Shown: positions 28,498-37,212 of the stretch, one piece after another
Position numbering within the stretch: the first letter of the stretch is position 1
Layout of the letters: every line of letters starts with the position of its first letter
IMG/VR virus record: IMGVR_UViG_3300023257_000007
Coordinates: 124,001-188,000 of that record
Reading direction: 5' to 3' (one strand)
Length of the DNA: 64,000 nt
The notes under the pieces: model-generated
Databases searched by the model: none
What the model was told of the DNA's origin: nothing
The model's input: the letters and a program-made list of their open reading frames with translations, nothing else
Program-made: the position numbers and the translations under genes

Positions 28498-28531
28498 AAT
28501 TTTTAATTTTTGAAAAAATTCACTATATTTA
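28498..28531 (+). promoter_or_regulatory. Candidate early/middle promoter, near-identical copy at 60875..60908
   Basis: AATTTTTAATTTTTGAAAAAATTC-NN-TATATTTA at both loci (32 of 34 positions identical). Confidence 0.5.
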
Positions 28532-28589
28532 TAGTAGATAAAAAAGAAAAAAAGGTTAACAAAAGTTCATAGTTTAGTAGTTTAGTGGT

Positions 28590-28618
28590 GAAAGGGCGGA
28601 CAGATAGTTCGCCTTTTC
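28590..28618 (+). terminator. GC-rich hairpin or terminator closing a short non-coding transcript
   Basis: GAAAGGGCGGAC-agata-GTTCGCCTTTTC followed by a T-rich tail. Confidence 0.6.
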
Positions 28619-28670
28619 TATTTTACTGTTTTTCGTAATTAAACTAATCATTTATTTTTTAGTAAATATT

Positions 28671-29096
28671 ATGTTTGAAAAATTTAACGAGAAAATGAAA
28701 ATTGATTTTATAGAAGTAATTAATAGATTATTTAAAAACAAAATAGATTATAAATTACTGATAGATAAAGATAAAGAAGATAATTTCTTTATGGTTAATA
28801 GAAAAATTGCAACCAAATATATTAAAGGTGCACAATTTTTTAATTCTAGATATGTTGATAAAGCAACTGCTTTAGATATTTGGAAATATTTTTTTAGAAA
28901 TGCTCAAGGGATACCTTCTTGGTATTGGGCTCCAAAAAATAGAACAAAAACACCCAAAACAAAAACTCCTAAAAAAGATATTGAAAAAATAACATCATTT
29001 TATGATTTAAATAATGATGATTTTTTATTTTTAGAAAAATATTTCAAGGATAACGTTGATTACGAGATTAAAAAACTAAAAAGATTTGAAGAATGA
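28671..29096 (+). CDS. Hypothetical protein, possibly clamp-loader small subunit (gp62-like)
   Basis: 'NFFMVNRKIATKY...AQFFN' resembles gp62 'F.INR.LS......A..MN'; W...PK basic stretch. Confidence 0.35.
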   Translation: MFEKFNEKMKIDFIEVINRLFKNKIDYKLLIDKDKEDNFFMVNRKIATKYIKGAQFFNSRYVDKATALDIWKYFFRNAQGIPSWYWAPKNRTKTPKTKTPKKDIEKITSFYDLNNDDFLFLEKYFKDNVDYEIKKLKRFEE

Positions 29097-29146
29097 AAAT
29101 TTGGATATTTCAATAGAAATATATAAATAAAAATAATTCAAAAAGA

Positions 29147-29437
29147 ATGGCAAAAATAAATACAGAATATATTCATTTTATACTAGAACAGTTTGAAAAA
29201 ACATTTGAAGAAAAACTTTATGATGTATATGTAGGACATAAAAAAACCAGTGATGATGACAAGGATGTCAAAATCTATACTGCAAAACCAGAAGAATGGG
29301 AACAAGTCATTGATACATTATTAGAAAAAGGTGTAAATCTAGAAGAATATGAACTATGTTCAAAAATACAAGGATTAAAACCTAAAGTATTGGAAGAAGC
29401 AAAGAAAAGACTTGAACAAAAAGAAAATATAGATTAA
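29147..29437 (+). CDS. Hypothetical protein with UVR-like C-terminal helix pair
   Basis: 'LEEYELCSKIQ' resembles the UVR 'E.YE.AA.IRD' motif. Confidence 0.5.
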   Translation: MAKINTEYIHFILEQFEKTFEEKLYDVYVGHKKTSDDDKDVKIYTAKPEEWEQVIDTLLEKGVNLEEYELCSKIQGLKPKVLEEAKKRLEQKENID

Positions 29438-30091
29438 TTATCTACTTAATAAACCTATTTTAGAATAAACATTTTTCCAATCATCCTCATTGTTTATTAT
29501 ATATTCAGGTTCTCTGGAATCTAAAATAGTTTCAGCATTTTCAATTGTTACATAATCAACGGCTTTTATTTTAATTCCATCATTAATTCTAACTCTATAA
29601 GTTTTAAATGTTTCACTCAAAATTTGTGCTATATATAAAGGAAAAGTACCATCATCAATATACATAACAGCAGAAAGTTTTGCATTTGGCATCTCAACGT
29701 ACAACTTATTCTCTGTATCTATCAAATGATATTTGGATAAGCTTTCTTTAATTCCGTTATGTTTAATAACATCACTATTCTTAACATAATAATAAGAATC
29801 TGTAGAAGTTTCTTTAAAAACTAATGATGCATCAATTTTTTTACAGAATTGATTTAACATTTTTCTTTGAAAATTGCCTTTATCTAATAAATTACTATTA
29901 ATTAATCCACTAAACTTATATTTATCTTCTAATATAACAACAATTTTTCTATTTGCATTATCATAATACAAACAATCTATATCCAACATATAATTAGATC
30001 TAGATAAACTTCTATGTCCTTCAGAAAAGACATTACTTTTACCCCATTTTCTTTTATAATCTTCAAATATGTTTTTAATTCTTTGTATCAT
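29438..30091 (-). CDS. Hypothetical protein
   Basis: 217-aa ORF overlapping the end of the CCA gene. Confidence 0.6.
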   Translation of the reverse strand: MIQRIKNIFEDYKRKWGKSNVFSEGHRSLSRSNYMLDIDCLYYDNANRKIVVILEDKYKFSGLINSNLLDKGNFQRKMLNQFCKKIDASLVFKETSTDSYYYVKNSDVIKHNGIKESLSKYHLIDTENKLYVEMPNAKLSAVMYIDDGTFPLYIAQILSETFKTYRVRINDGIKIKAVDYVTIENAETILDSREPEYIINNEDDWKNVYSKIGLLSR

Positions 30092-31382
30092 TACTCATAT
30101 ATTCATTTTTAAATCTTTCGTATTCTATTCTTCTCATTTCTTCACCTAAAGCCTTTCCATGAAATCCCTTTTGCATTAACTCTTGTGAATTTTTTAAAAA
30201 ACCATCACTACAATATTTAATGAAAGCTTCAGTTATATTTGAATATAATCCCTGAGACTTAGTATATAATCTTAATATATTATCATCAATACCAAATCTA
30301 GTCTTATTTTTAGCTAACTGATAAATATTTGTCATCCACATATCACCTGTAGATTCTTCTATTATCTTTTTCTCATAATTAAATAGAAAAATAATATAAT
30401 CAATCAAATTATTTTGCAACTTACAATCAATTAATTTGTTGGTTAAATTCGAATCATCTGAACTTGGAGTCATCAAAATAGGTAAAATTATCCTATTATC
30501 GAAAAGTGAAAAATTCACCCAAGGAACCTCTATTTTAATTCCAGGGAAAATCTCATCAAACATATCAAATTCATCAAGTAATCTTAAATATTTAATAAAC
30601 ATAGACATATCATTTGCATCTCTCGCATGACCTAACATTTTATTCCATTCACCATTTTTAGTGTCAAATATTCTTTCAAATGAAACATCATCTTTCTCAG
30701 ATATTCCATGTAATCTATGATCCATAGTTAATGCATTCTTTACATTTTCACTTATTTTACCATTAGTTCTTGCACAAAATCTAAACAATCTTAATATTCT
30801 CAATCTATCTTCATTAAACCTTTCATAAGGTTCACCAACAGTTTTAATAAGTCCTTTCTTTAAATCTTCAATACCACCAACATAATCAATGATTTTCTTA
30901 CTACCAAGATCATAAAACATTGCATTAATTGTTAAATCTCTTCTTAAAACATCATCTTGTATTGTAACATTTGAACCAATTTCTACTTTTTGATCATCAC
31001 CTTTAACATCTCTACCTTTAGCAATATCTTTTCTATAGGTTGCTAATTCATGACCTAATGGTTCTAAATCTGTATAAATTCTTAATACTCCAAAATTTTG
31101 TCCTTGCTCTTCTTCAGAAACATAACCACCATTCCAATCTTCTAATATCTCTTTAGATTCATCTGGCATTGCATCTGTAACTAAATCAAAATCTTTAGGT
31201 TTTTTTCCTTGTAAATAATCTCTAGGAGCGCCACCTACAACATATAATTCCTTACCATACTTTTTAAATCTTTCATATATTTCTACAATATCTTCGGGTA
31301 TGAACATATCTTTAGCTTTAACAGTTTTCTTTTGCATTTTATTTTCATTTAAAAATTCAGAATATTTATACAATTTATTCAT
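30075..31382 (-). CDS. cca: CCA-adding enzyme / tRNA nucleotidyltransferase (class II NTase) with CTS-like leader
   Basis: VVGGAPRD...DFDLVTD, ELATYR, RRDLTINAM, RFNEDRLRILR; N-terminus MNKLYKYSEFLNE. Confidence 0.85.
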   Translation of the reverse strand: MNKLYKYSEFLNENKMQKKTVKAKDMFIPEDIVEIYERFKKYGKELYVVGGAPRDYLQGKKPKDFDLVTDAMPDESKEILEDWNGGYVSEEEQGQNFGVLRIYTDLEPLGHELATYRKDIAKGRDVKGDDQKVEIGSNVTIQDDVLRRDLTINAMFYDLGSKKIIDYVGGIEDLKKGLIKTVGEPYERFNEDRLRILRLFRFCARTNGKISENVKNALTMDHRLHGISEKDDVSFERIFDTKNGEWNKMLGHARDANDMSMFIKYLRLLDEFDMFDEIFPGIKIEVPWVNFSLFDNRIILPILMTPSSDDSNLTNKLIDCKLQNNLIDYIIFLFNYEKKIIEESTGDMWMTNIYQLAKNKTRFGIDDNILRLYTKSQGLYSNITEAFIKYCSDGFLKNSQELMQKGFHGKALGEEMRRIEYERFKNEYMSNDTKN

Positions 31383-31402
31383 GACAATATATATTAAATT
31401 AA

Positions 31403-31431
31403 AAAACCATCGTTTAAATTACGATGGTTTT
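31403..31431 (-). terminator. Intrinsic terminator after phoH, directly upstream of the cca promoter
   Basis: AAAACCATCGT-ttaaatt-ACGATGGTTTT. Confidence 0.7.
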
Positions 31432-31449
31432 ATTATAAGACATTATTTA

Positions 31450-32196
31450 TTAATCTTTTAAATCATATCTTTGTAAAATTCCTGCAATTATAGGATTTCT
31501 AACAATATCTTCAGGTCTATCTACTATAAATTCATAAACTCCAACACCTTTAGCACCTTTCATTAAAGTGAATGCGTCATATAAACCACTACTATTCTTT
31601 TTATTATACCTATCAGTTTGTTCTAAATCACCACTAATAATAAATTTACTATTAAAACCAATTCTAGTTAAAACAGTTTTCATTTGTTTTGGTGTACAAT
31701 TCTGTGCTTCTTCAAATATTAAAATACTATTATCTATATTCCAACCTCTTAAATAAGCTAAAGCTAAAGGTTTAATTATTTCAGATTCAACTAATTTTTT
31801 TCTATTTTCAATGCCTATTATTTTGTCAATAAGTTTATAAGTTGAATATAAATAAGGTTCTAATTTATCTTCTAAATCACCAGGTAAATAACCTAATTTC
31901 TCTTCTGATTCAACAGCTGGTGTAATAATATAAATATTATGATAATTGTTAGAAGAATCAGCTAATAATTGTAATGCCTTAATTATACTAATATAACTTT
32001 TTCCTACACCGGCAGGTCCTATACAAATTGATATTTGATTACTATCAATTATTTTTATAAAATCTTTTTGTTTTTCATTTTTACATCTAATCTTAACTTT
32101 TTTGCCATATAATATATCTGCAAGTTGTTTATTATTTAACAACTCTTTATCTTTACTTTTTACATTTAATTTTGTTGTTATTATTGGTTTTCTCAT
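31450..32196 (-). CDS. phoH: PhoH-family ATPase
   Basis: GPAGVGKS, PAVESEEKLGYLPGDL, LAYLRGWN, FEEAQN, TRIG..SK.IISGD, RNPII. Confidence 0.92.
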   Translation of the reverse strand: MRKPIITTKLNVKSKDKELLNNKQLADILYGKKVKIRCKNEKQKDFIKIIDSNQISICIGPAGVGKSYISIIKALQLLADSSNNYHNIYIITPAVESEEKLGYLPGDLEDKLEPYLYSTYKLIDKIIGIENRKKLVESEIIKPLALAYLRGWNIDNSILIFEEAQNCTPKQMKTVLTRIGFNSKFIISGDLEQTDRYNKKNSSGLYDAFTLMKGAKGVGVYEFIVDRPEDIVRNPIIAGILQRYDLKD

Positions 32197-32399
32197 ATAA
32201 ATATTTTATTTTTAACCAAAAACAAAAAAACCACTCGTTGCAATATCGCATTTTAAGTGGCTTAAAAAAATATGTTTTTAGTATTCTTAATTTTCATTCA
32301 TTATTATATATTTTTAAAAATAGATGAAATTTTCACAATATTTTTAAAATAGTTTAAACAAAAAGTTTAATATATAAATAATATAATAACAAAAAATAT

Positions 32400-32633
32400 A
32401 TGAAATATTTAAAGACATACGAAGAATTAACCGATTCACAAAAAGAATCTGAATATAATAAAAAATTAGAAGAACTAGAAGATAAAAAAGAAAGACTTCA
32501 GAAAAAACTCCAATATTCAGAAGATGTAAGAGATCCAGAAAAAACAGAACAAATAAGAAAAGAAAAGAAAGAAGAAATTGAAAAGAATAAAAAGAAAAAG
32601 AGTTCTGAAGATCAAAACTCTTTTGTATCCTAA
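32400..32633 (+). CDS. Small charged protein with CTS-like leader (MKYLKTYEEL)
   Basis: 77 aa, K/E-rich; TTTAATATATAA upstream. Confidence 0.65.
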   Translation: MKYLKTYEELTDSQKESEYNKKLEELEDKKERLQKKLQYSEDVRDPEKTEQIRKEKKEEIEKNKKKKSSEDQNSFVS

Positions 32634-33274
32634 TTTTTACATAATAAATCTGCAGCACTAGTAGAAGCATATGCTTTAGGTTTACATTCAACCTTAAATC
32701 CATAACCACACAACATACCCATCATAGCTTTATAAACTTTATTAGATTTATTTCTACCATTTCCATCATCTGAATTAAAATCAACATGTAATACAGGTAA
32801 TCTATAAGGCATAGAACCATCATATTCATTTAATTCATGATCTTTAAAATATTTACCTTTTAATTTTTCATCTAAATATAAAGCAAGTTCAAGTAAATAT
32901 AAACCTTCTGTATATAATCTATTAAAAATTGCTTCATTAGAACCTGAACTAATTAATTTTGAATTATCTGGTTTATTTTCTTTATACCATTGATCAAATT
33001 TATAACCTCTAGCAGCTAAATATTTAGGTATATTAATTCTTTTAAAAATACAATGCGCACCATTATGCTTAAAATTATCATAAAATACGATAGTTATAGC
33101 ATATTGTGTTTTTCGTCTCTTATTTTTAGAATCACAACCAACAGAAATTGTAACATCACTTGGTACTGAATAATTACCAGATTTATCCCCTAAATATTCC
33201 ATTATGTAATCAATTTCATTATCAACGAAATCACCACCAAACCTTTTAAAGTAAATTTTATTTTTCATTTTCAT
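32630..33274 (-). CDS. RNase H-like YkuK (DUF458) family protein
   Basis: VGCDS, AITIV, LHVDFN, SN, G.LCGYG...CKP.AYAST.AAD. Confidence 0.7.
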   Translation of the reverse strand: MKMKNKIYFKRFGGDFVDNEIDYIMEYLGDKSGNYSVPSDVTISVGCDSKNKRRKTQYAITIVFYDNFKHNGAHCIFKRINIPKYLAARGYKFDQWYKENKPDNSKLISSGSNEAIFNRLYTEGLYLLELALYLDEKLKGKYFKDHELNEYDGSMPYRLPVLHVDFNSDDGNGRNKSNKVYKAMMGMLCGYGFKVECKPKAYASTSAADLLCKN

Positions 33275-33304
33275 TATTTTACAATTTTTAAAAAATTATA
33301 TATT

Positions 33305-33333
33305 AAAAAATCCCACTGAGAGTGGGATTTTTT
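33305..33333. terminator. Intrinsic terminator after the S1-like gene; U-tract fused to the next promoter
   Basis: AAAAAATCCCACT-gag-AGTGGGATTTTTT; the - strand continues ...TTTTTTAATATATAA. Confidence 0.8.
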
Positions 33334-33335
33334 AT

Positions 33336-34487
33336 TTAATTAGGAAAGTCTAAATAAATCTTTCTATCGTCCCGTATAACAGAAATCACTTTAACTTTCA
33401 CCTCTTTTCCCACTTCCAACTTTTTATCAGCCTTCTGTATATAAGTGTTCTGAATTAACCCTGTTGTCTCTGGATCCAATTCTACTAAAACACCAAATGA
33501 CTTGATAGATTTAACCTTGCCATCTTTAATTTGTCCAACTTTAATCTTATCCCACAAAGATTCTCTCAAAAATTGAGATAAAATAATCTTATTACCTTTC
33601 AAAATATCTCTAACATAGAATGTTACTTCCATACCAGGTTGAACTTGATCAATCTTCCATTCAGGATTAAGATTGACTTTATGTATCATACCAGTTAAAC
33701 ATTCATTAAACTGAACAAATACACCGTAAGCCATTGTGCCTGTTACTGTTCCTTTATAAGCAATTGTTTTCTTAAGTTTACTAATTTCTACTGGAATTAG
33801 AGTTTTAAGATATTTCTTGCGTGAAACAACATATACACCTTTCTCTTGTTGTAAAGATTCTAATAACACATTAATTCTACTACCAACTAAATTACTAGAT
33901 TGTTCATCTGTTAATTTATTAATTCCAGCCAAAATATTTGGCATAAAAGATTTAATAGTTATATTATCCAACTCAATATCCAACATGAAACCTGCTGGTA
34001 TTCTTTCAATAACTTTTACAACTAACTGACGATTTTCTTTATAATAATCTTTCAATTTGTGCGAAACCTTCGCTTTAATAAGATCTGTTATTGAACCTTT
34101 AATTTGAAACGGATTATCTATCACCTTTATTATCATAACATCAATTTCATCACCAACCTTCAAATTTTGAATAATTTTAAAATCAGATAACTTATTCTCA
34201 ACATAAATACTATCTTTATAATTTATATTAATCTTAAGTTCCCTTTTAGAAATCGTTTCAATTTGACCAGTAACAATGTCACCTATTTTCACCTCATTAT
34301 ATGAAGATTCATTTTCAGACATCATATCTAACATCTCTTTATACTTATCATTAAAAGCTGATGTATCCATATCATCAGTCCACTTGATAATTTTATTATC
34401 TTCTTTCTCTAATTCATTCCAAAACGCATCATCATCAATAATCGATGTATAATCTAAATTTTCTGGATTTTCTGAATTTTCTTTCAT
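33336..34487 (-). CDS. rpsA: Ribosomal protein S1-like multi-S1-domain protein
   Basis: About four S1 repeats: VKIGDIVTGQI, LKVGDEIDVMI, YKGTVTGTMAYGVFVQF..CLTGMIH, KDGKVKSIKSFGVLVEL...TTGLI...GKEVKVKVISV. Confidence 0.8.
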   Translation of the reverse strand: MKENSENPENLDYTSIIDDDAFWNELEKEDNKIIKWTDDMDTSAFNDKYKEMLDMMSENESSYNEVKIGDIVTGQIETISKRELKININYKDSIYVENKLSDFKIIQNLKVGDEIDVMIIKVIDNPFQIKGSITDLIKAKVSHKLKDYYKENRQLVVKVIERIPAGFMLDIELDNITIKSFMPNILAGINKLTDEQSSNLVGSRINVLLESLQQEKGVYVVSRKKYLKTLIPVEISKLKKTIAYKGTVTGTMAYGVFVQFNECLTGMIHKVNLNPEWKIDQVQPGMEVTFYVRDILKGNKIILSQFLRESLWDKIKVGQIKDGKVKSIKSFGVLVELDPETTGLIQNTYIQKADKKLEVGKEVKVKVISVIRDDRKIYLDFPN

Positions 34488-34543
34488 AAATTAATTTTTT
34501 TGGTTAAACTTCTTTTATCTTTACATATACTTAAACAATAAAA

Positions 34544-34572
34544 AAAAGTTGTTAAAAAAATTAACAACTTTT
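34544..34572. terminator. AT-rich inverted repeat, probable terminator
   Basis: AAAAGTTGTTAA-aaaaa-TTAACAACTTTT. Confidence 0.5.
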
Positions 34573-34593
34573 CTTAATTATATTAAAAATGTT

Positions 34594-34989
34594 TCAATAA
34601 CTAATTTCTAGTTTTTGTAAATAATTATTTAATACTGATGCCCTTTCATAATCTTCAATTTCTAAATAATATTTCATTTTTTTGATAAGATCCTGTTCGC
34701 TGTCATTATATGAAAAAACGTTATTTTTTGTAATGTCTACAACATATTTCTTTCTTTTTTTGTTGTAAGTAACATCATAGTCTTTTAATTTTTGTCTGAC
34801 ATCTTCTATCGTATAATTATAGTCAGAATTTTCATCAAGTTTATTTAAACTCTCCGATTCTATCAACATTAACATAAACTCTTCTGAGAATGCCTTTTTC
34901 TCACATAAAAAATCACACAGAATTTCAGGATCTGTGCCAATAATCTTTAATAGTGAGTTGAAATTTTCCTTAAATCTTCTTGTAGCCAT
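34594..34989 (-). CDS. Hypothetical protein with UVR-like C-terminus
   Basis: 'LEIEDYERASVLNNYL'. Confidence 0.55.
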   Translation of the reverse strand: MATRRFKENFNSLLKIIGTDPEILCDFLCEKKAFSEEFMLMLIESESLNKLDENSDYNYTIEDVRQKLKDYDVTYNKKRKKYVVDITKNNVFSYNDSEQDLIKKMKYYLEIEDYERASVLNNYLQKLEISY

Positions 34990-35036
34990 GATAATATGGT
35001 TATTTTCTGCCCAATAAGAAACTTATTAGGCAAATA

Positions 35037-35333
35037 TTAATCATCAAATTGTGTGTACTCATTAGGTTGATTCAATAAACCTAAACTTTTGTAAATACAC
35101 ACTTTATTATTATCAATATAATATTTATCATAAGACGTAAAATTACATAAACTTATAAAAGATTCAAACCAAACCTCTTTTCCTGTAATAATATCATTTA
35201 ATTCAATTGTTATCATCTGATTTTCTTCAATTAAATTAATATCAATGTCAAGATCTTCAAAAAAATTATATAAATTTGATTTCAATGAAACATACTGTGT
35301 TTCATTTATAAATTGATTAAATTTTGTTTTCAT
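35037..35333 (-). CDS. Hypothetical protein with CTS-like leader (MKTKFNQFINE)
   Basis: 98 aa; TAATG coupling to the upstream gene. Confidence 0.65.
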   Translation of the reverse strand: MKTKFNQFINETQYVSLKSNLYNFFEDLDIDINLIEENQMITIELNDIITGKEVWFESFISLCNFTSYDKYYIDNNKVCIYKSLGLLNQPNEYTQFDD

Positions 35334-36025
35334 TATCTAAATGTTTTATAAAATTTACCTAAATTGTTCTTCTTATATATTAATTCTTTTTCTCTTCTAT
35401 CTAATTCTTCTAAAAATTCTTCATCATTAGAAACACCAAAATCTTTATAATGTTTCTCTCTAGAAGGCGCGGATGTCGTATAACTACCGTAAGTCGCAAT
35501 TGAGTCTGGTTTTGTAGTTTCAGGTAAATTTCTTTTTATAATTAACCCAGCCATTCTATTATCAATTTGATTAATTATTGGATCTTTTAAATGTTTAACA
35601 ATTTTCTTATTATTTTTAGTTTCTGGATAAAATGCAATAAATTCATCAAAAACGCCAATATCAAAAAGTCTACTTTTATTACTAGATTTAGTACTCGTTA
35701 TTCCTTCACTATATTCATAATCTGCAATTAAAGGAAATATATCATTAATATCTTTTGATTTTGAATTCATAAAATCATATAGAGGTTGTATGGCTTTTTT
35801 ATAAGCTTTTTGATTTTCTTCTTCTATACCAACTTTATTTCTTTCATACCAATTCGTACTCAAAGATCTCCATTTATCCTTGATCTTATCATATCCTTGA
35901 TAAGTACTATAATCTTTTTTAAGTTTTTGAAGACTTTTTAATACAACATCATCATCAACAATATTTTCAATTTCTTCCAATCTAATTTCAAGATCTTCAA
36001 GATCATTACTACAATATATTTTCAT
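35333..36025 (-). CDS. Hypothetical protein
   Basis: 230 aa; TAATG-coupled at both ends. Confidence 0.65.
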   Translation of the reverse strand: MKIYCSNDLEDLEIRLEEIENIVDDDVVLKSLQKLKKDYSTYQGYDKIKDKWRSLSTNWYERNKVGIEEENQKAYKKAIQPLYDFMNSKSKDINDIFPLIADYEYSEGITSTKSSNKSRLFDIGVFDEFIAFYPETKNNKKIVKHLKDPIINQIDNRMAGLIIKRNLPETTKPDSIATYGSYTTSAPSREKHYKDFGVSNDEEFLEELDRREKELIYKKNNLGKFYKTFR

Positions 36026-36447
36026 TAAAATAAACCTAATTTATTTGATTCAGTTGAATATTTGTATTGTGGATATTTATCCAAAAACTCATCTAATTCA
36101 AAATTGTTTTTTGTTTTAGTTTTTTGTAAAATTTCATTAAGACTATCTTCAACACTAACACCTAAAACTTCGAAATCTTTGTAGATACCAGTTGATAGTT
36201 TATTCTTATATTCAGAATTAGGATTATAAGATATATAACCTTTATTTTCAGAAGGTTTAAAATTCTTTTTATCATTAACAAAATCTAACCATTCTATATT
36301 AAATTTTTCATCACCATTATAAATATCACAAAAAATAGTGTAAATAATTTTCAATTTATCAGGTTTAATATTATATAATGTTAAATCGTTCCCTGTATAA
36401 TCAAGATTAATGTTTTCAAACATTTTATATAAAACTAAATATTTCAT
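36025..36447 (-). CDS. Hypothetical protein with leader-like N-terminus (MKYLVLYKMFEN)
   Basis: TATATA 5 nt before the ATG; ends ESNKLGLF. Confidence 0.65.
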   Translation of the reverse strand: MKYLVLYKMFENINLDYTGNDLTLYNIKPDKLKIIYTIFCDIYNGDEKFNIEWLDFVNDKKNFKPSENKGYISYNPNSEYKNKLSTGIYKDFEVLGVSVEDSLNEILQKTKTKNNFELDEFLDKYPQYKYSTESNKLGLF

Positions 36448-36503
36448 AATATTATATATTTAAATTAAATTCTAACTTTTTGTTTTTTCTTTTGTAAGGT
36501 TTT

Positions 36504-37208
36504 TTAGATATTCACATCACCTTGTTCCTTAATATAACTAATTAAATCAGGTCTTCTTTCACCGCCACGAGGATATGGATCATTTCCAAATGCTTTATCT
36601 AAAGTGCCTTGTTGGAAATTTATAGGAATATCATAAATTGAAGTACTAGTCGCAACATCATCATCGTCAATTTCCCAAAATATATCAATCCAATTAAATC
36701 TAAATGTTATAGTAAATGTAATTTCTTGAACCTCTTGAATTTGATATGCTAAACTAATAGAAGATATATTTTTTAATAAAACATCCCTAAATGATACAGT
36801 ATAAATCAAATCCCCATCTTTATTCAAAACATGTAATAAAAATAAGGGTAAATGAGTCTTCTTAGGGTTTAAATAACTCTCAATTAATACCTGTAATAAT
36901 ATAAAATAATTTAAATGAGAATCAACAGATCTAAAAGTTATATCTAAATCATTACTAAATTTATCCTGTACATTTTGAGCCTCTCTCCATGAATATTTCT
37001 TACCATATTTTAATCTCTGCTCTGGATTATCTAATGTAAAAGAAGGAAAAGATATTTCCTTTATCGTAGAATTAACATAATCAATAACAGAATCATATGC
37101 TACAAAATTTTTATCCATTAACTTCTTAAAATCTCTGTATAAATACTCTTCGATAAAATCAACCGGTAAGTTGAATATAAACTGATTGTTTTGTGAACTT
37201 AATCTCAT
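36504..37208 (-). CDS. Tail-tube-fold protein (gp19/gp3/gp54-like)
   Basis: 'IKEISFPSFTL...LDITFRSVD..LNYF...LHVLNKDG..IYTVSFRDV....ISSISLAY...TFTITFRF' matches the T4 tube-family pattern. Confidence 0.55.
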   Translation of the reverse strand: MRLSSQNNQFIFNLPVDFIEEYLYRDFKKLMDKNFVAYDSVIDYVNSTIKEISFPSFTLDNPEQRLKYGKKYSWREAQNVQDKFSNDLDITFRSVDSHLNYFILLQVLIESYLNPKKTHLPLFLLHVLNKDGDLIYTVSFRDVLLKNISSISLAYQIQEVQEITFTITFRFNWIDIFWEIDDDDVATSTSIYDIPINFQQGTLDKAFGNDPYPRGGERRPDLISYIKEQGDVNI

Positions 37209-37212
37209 AATT

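Noticed and set aside
32228-32263. Irregular hairpin upstream of phoH (ccact...tgc-aatatc-gca...agtgg)
   Set aside because: Pairing is weak and interrupted, so it cannot be supported as a riboswitch or terminator.
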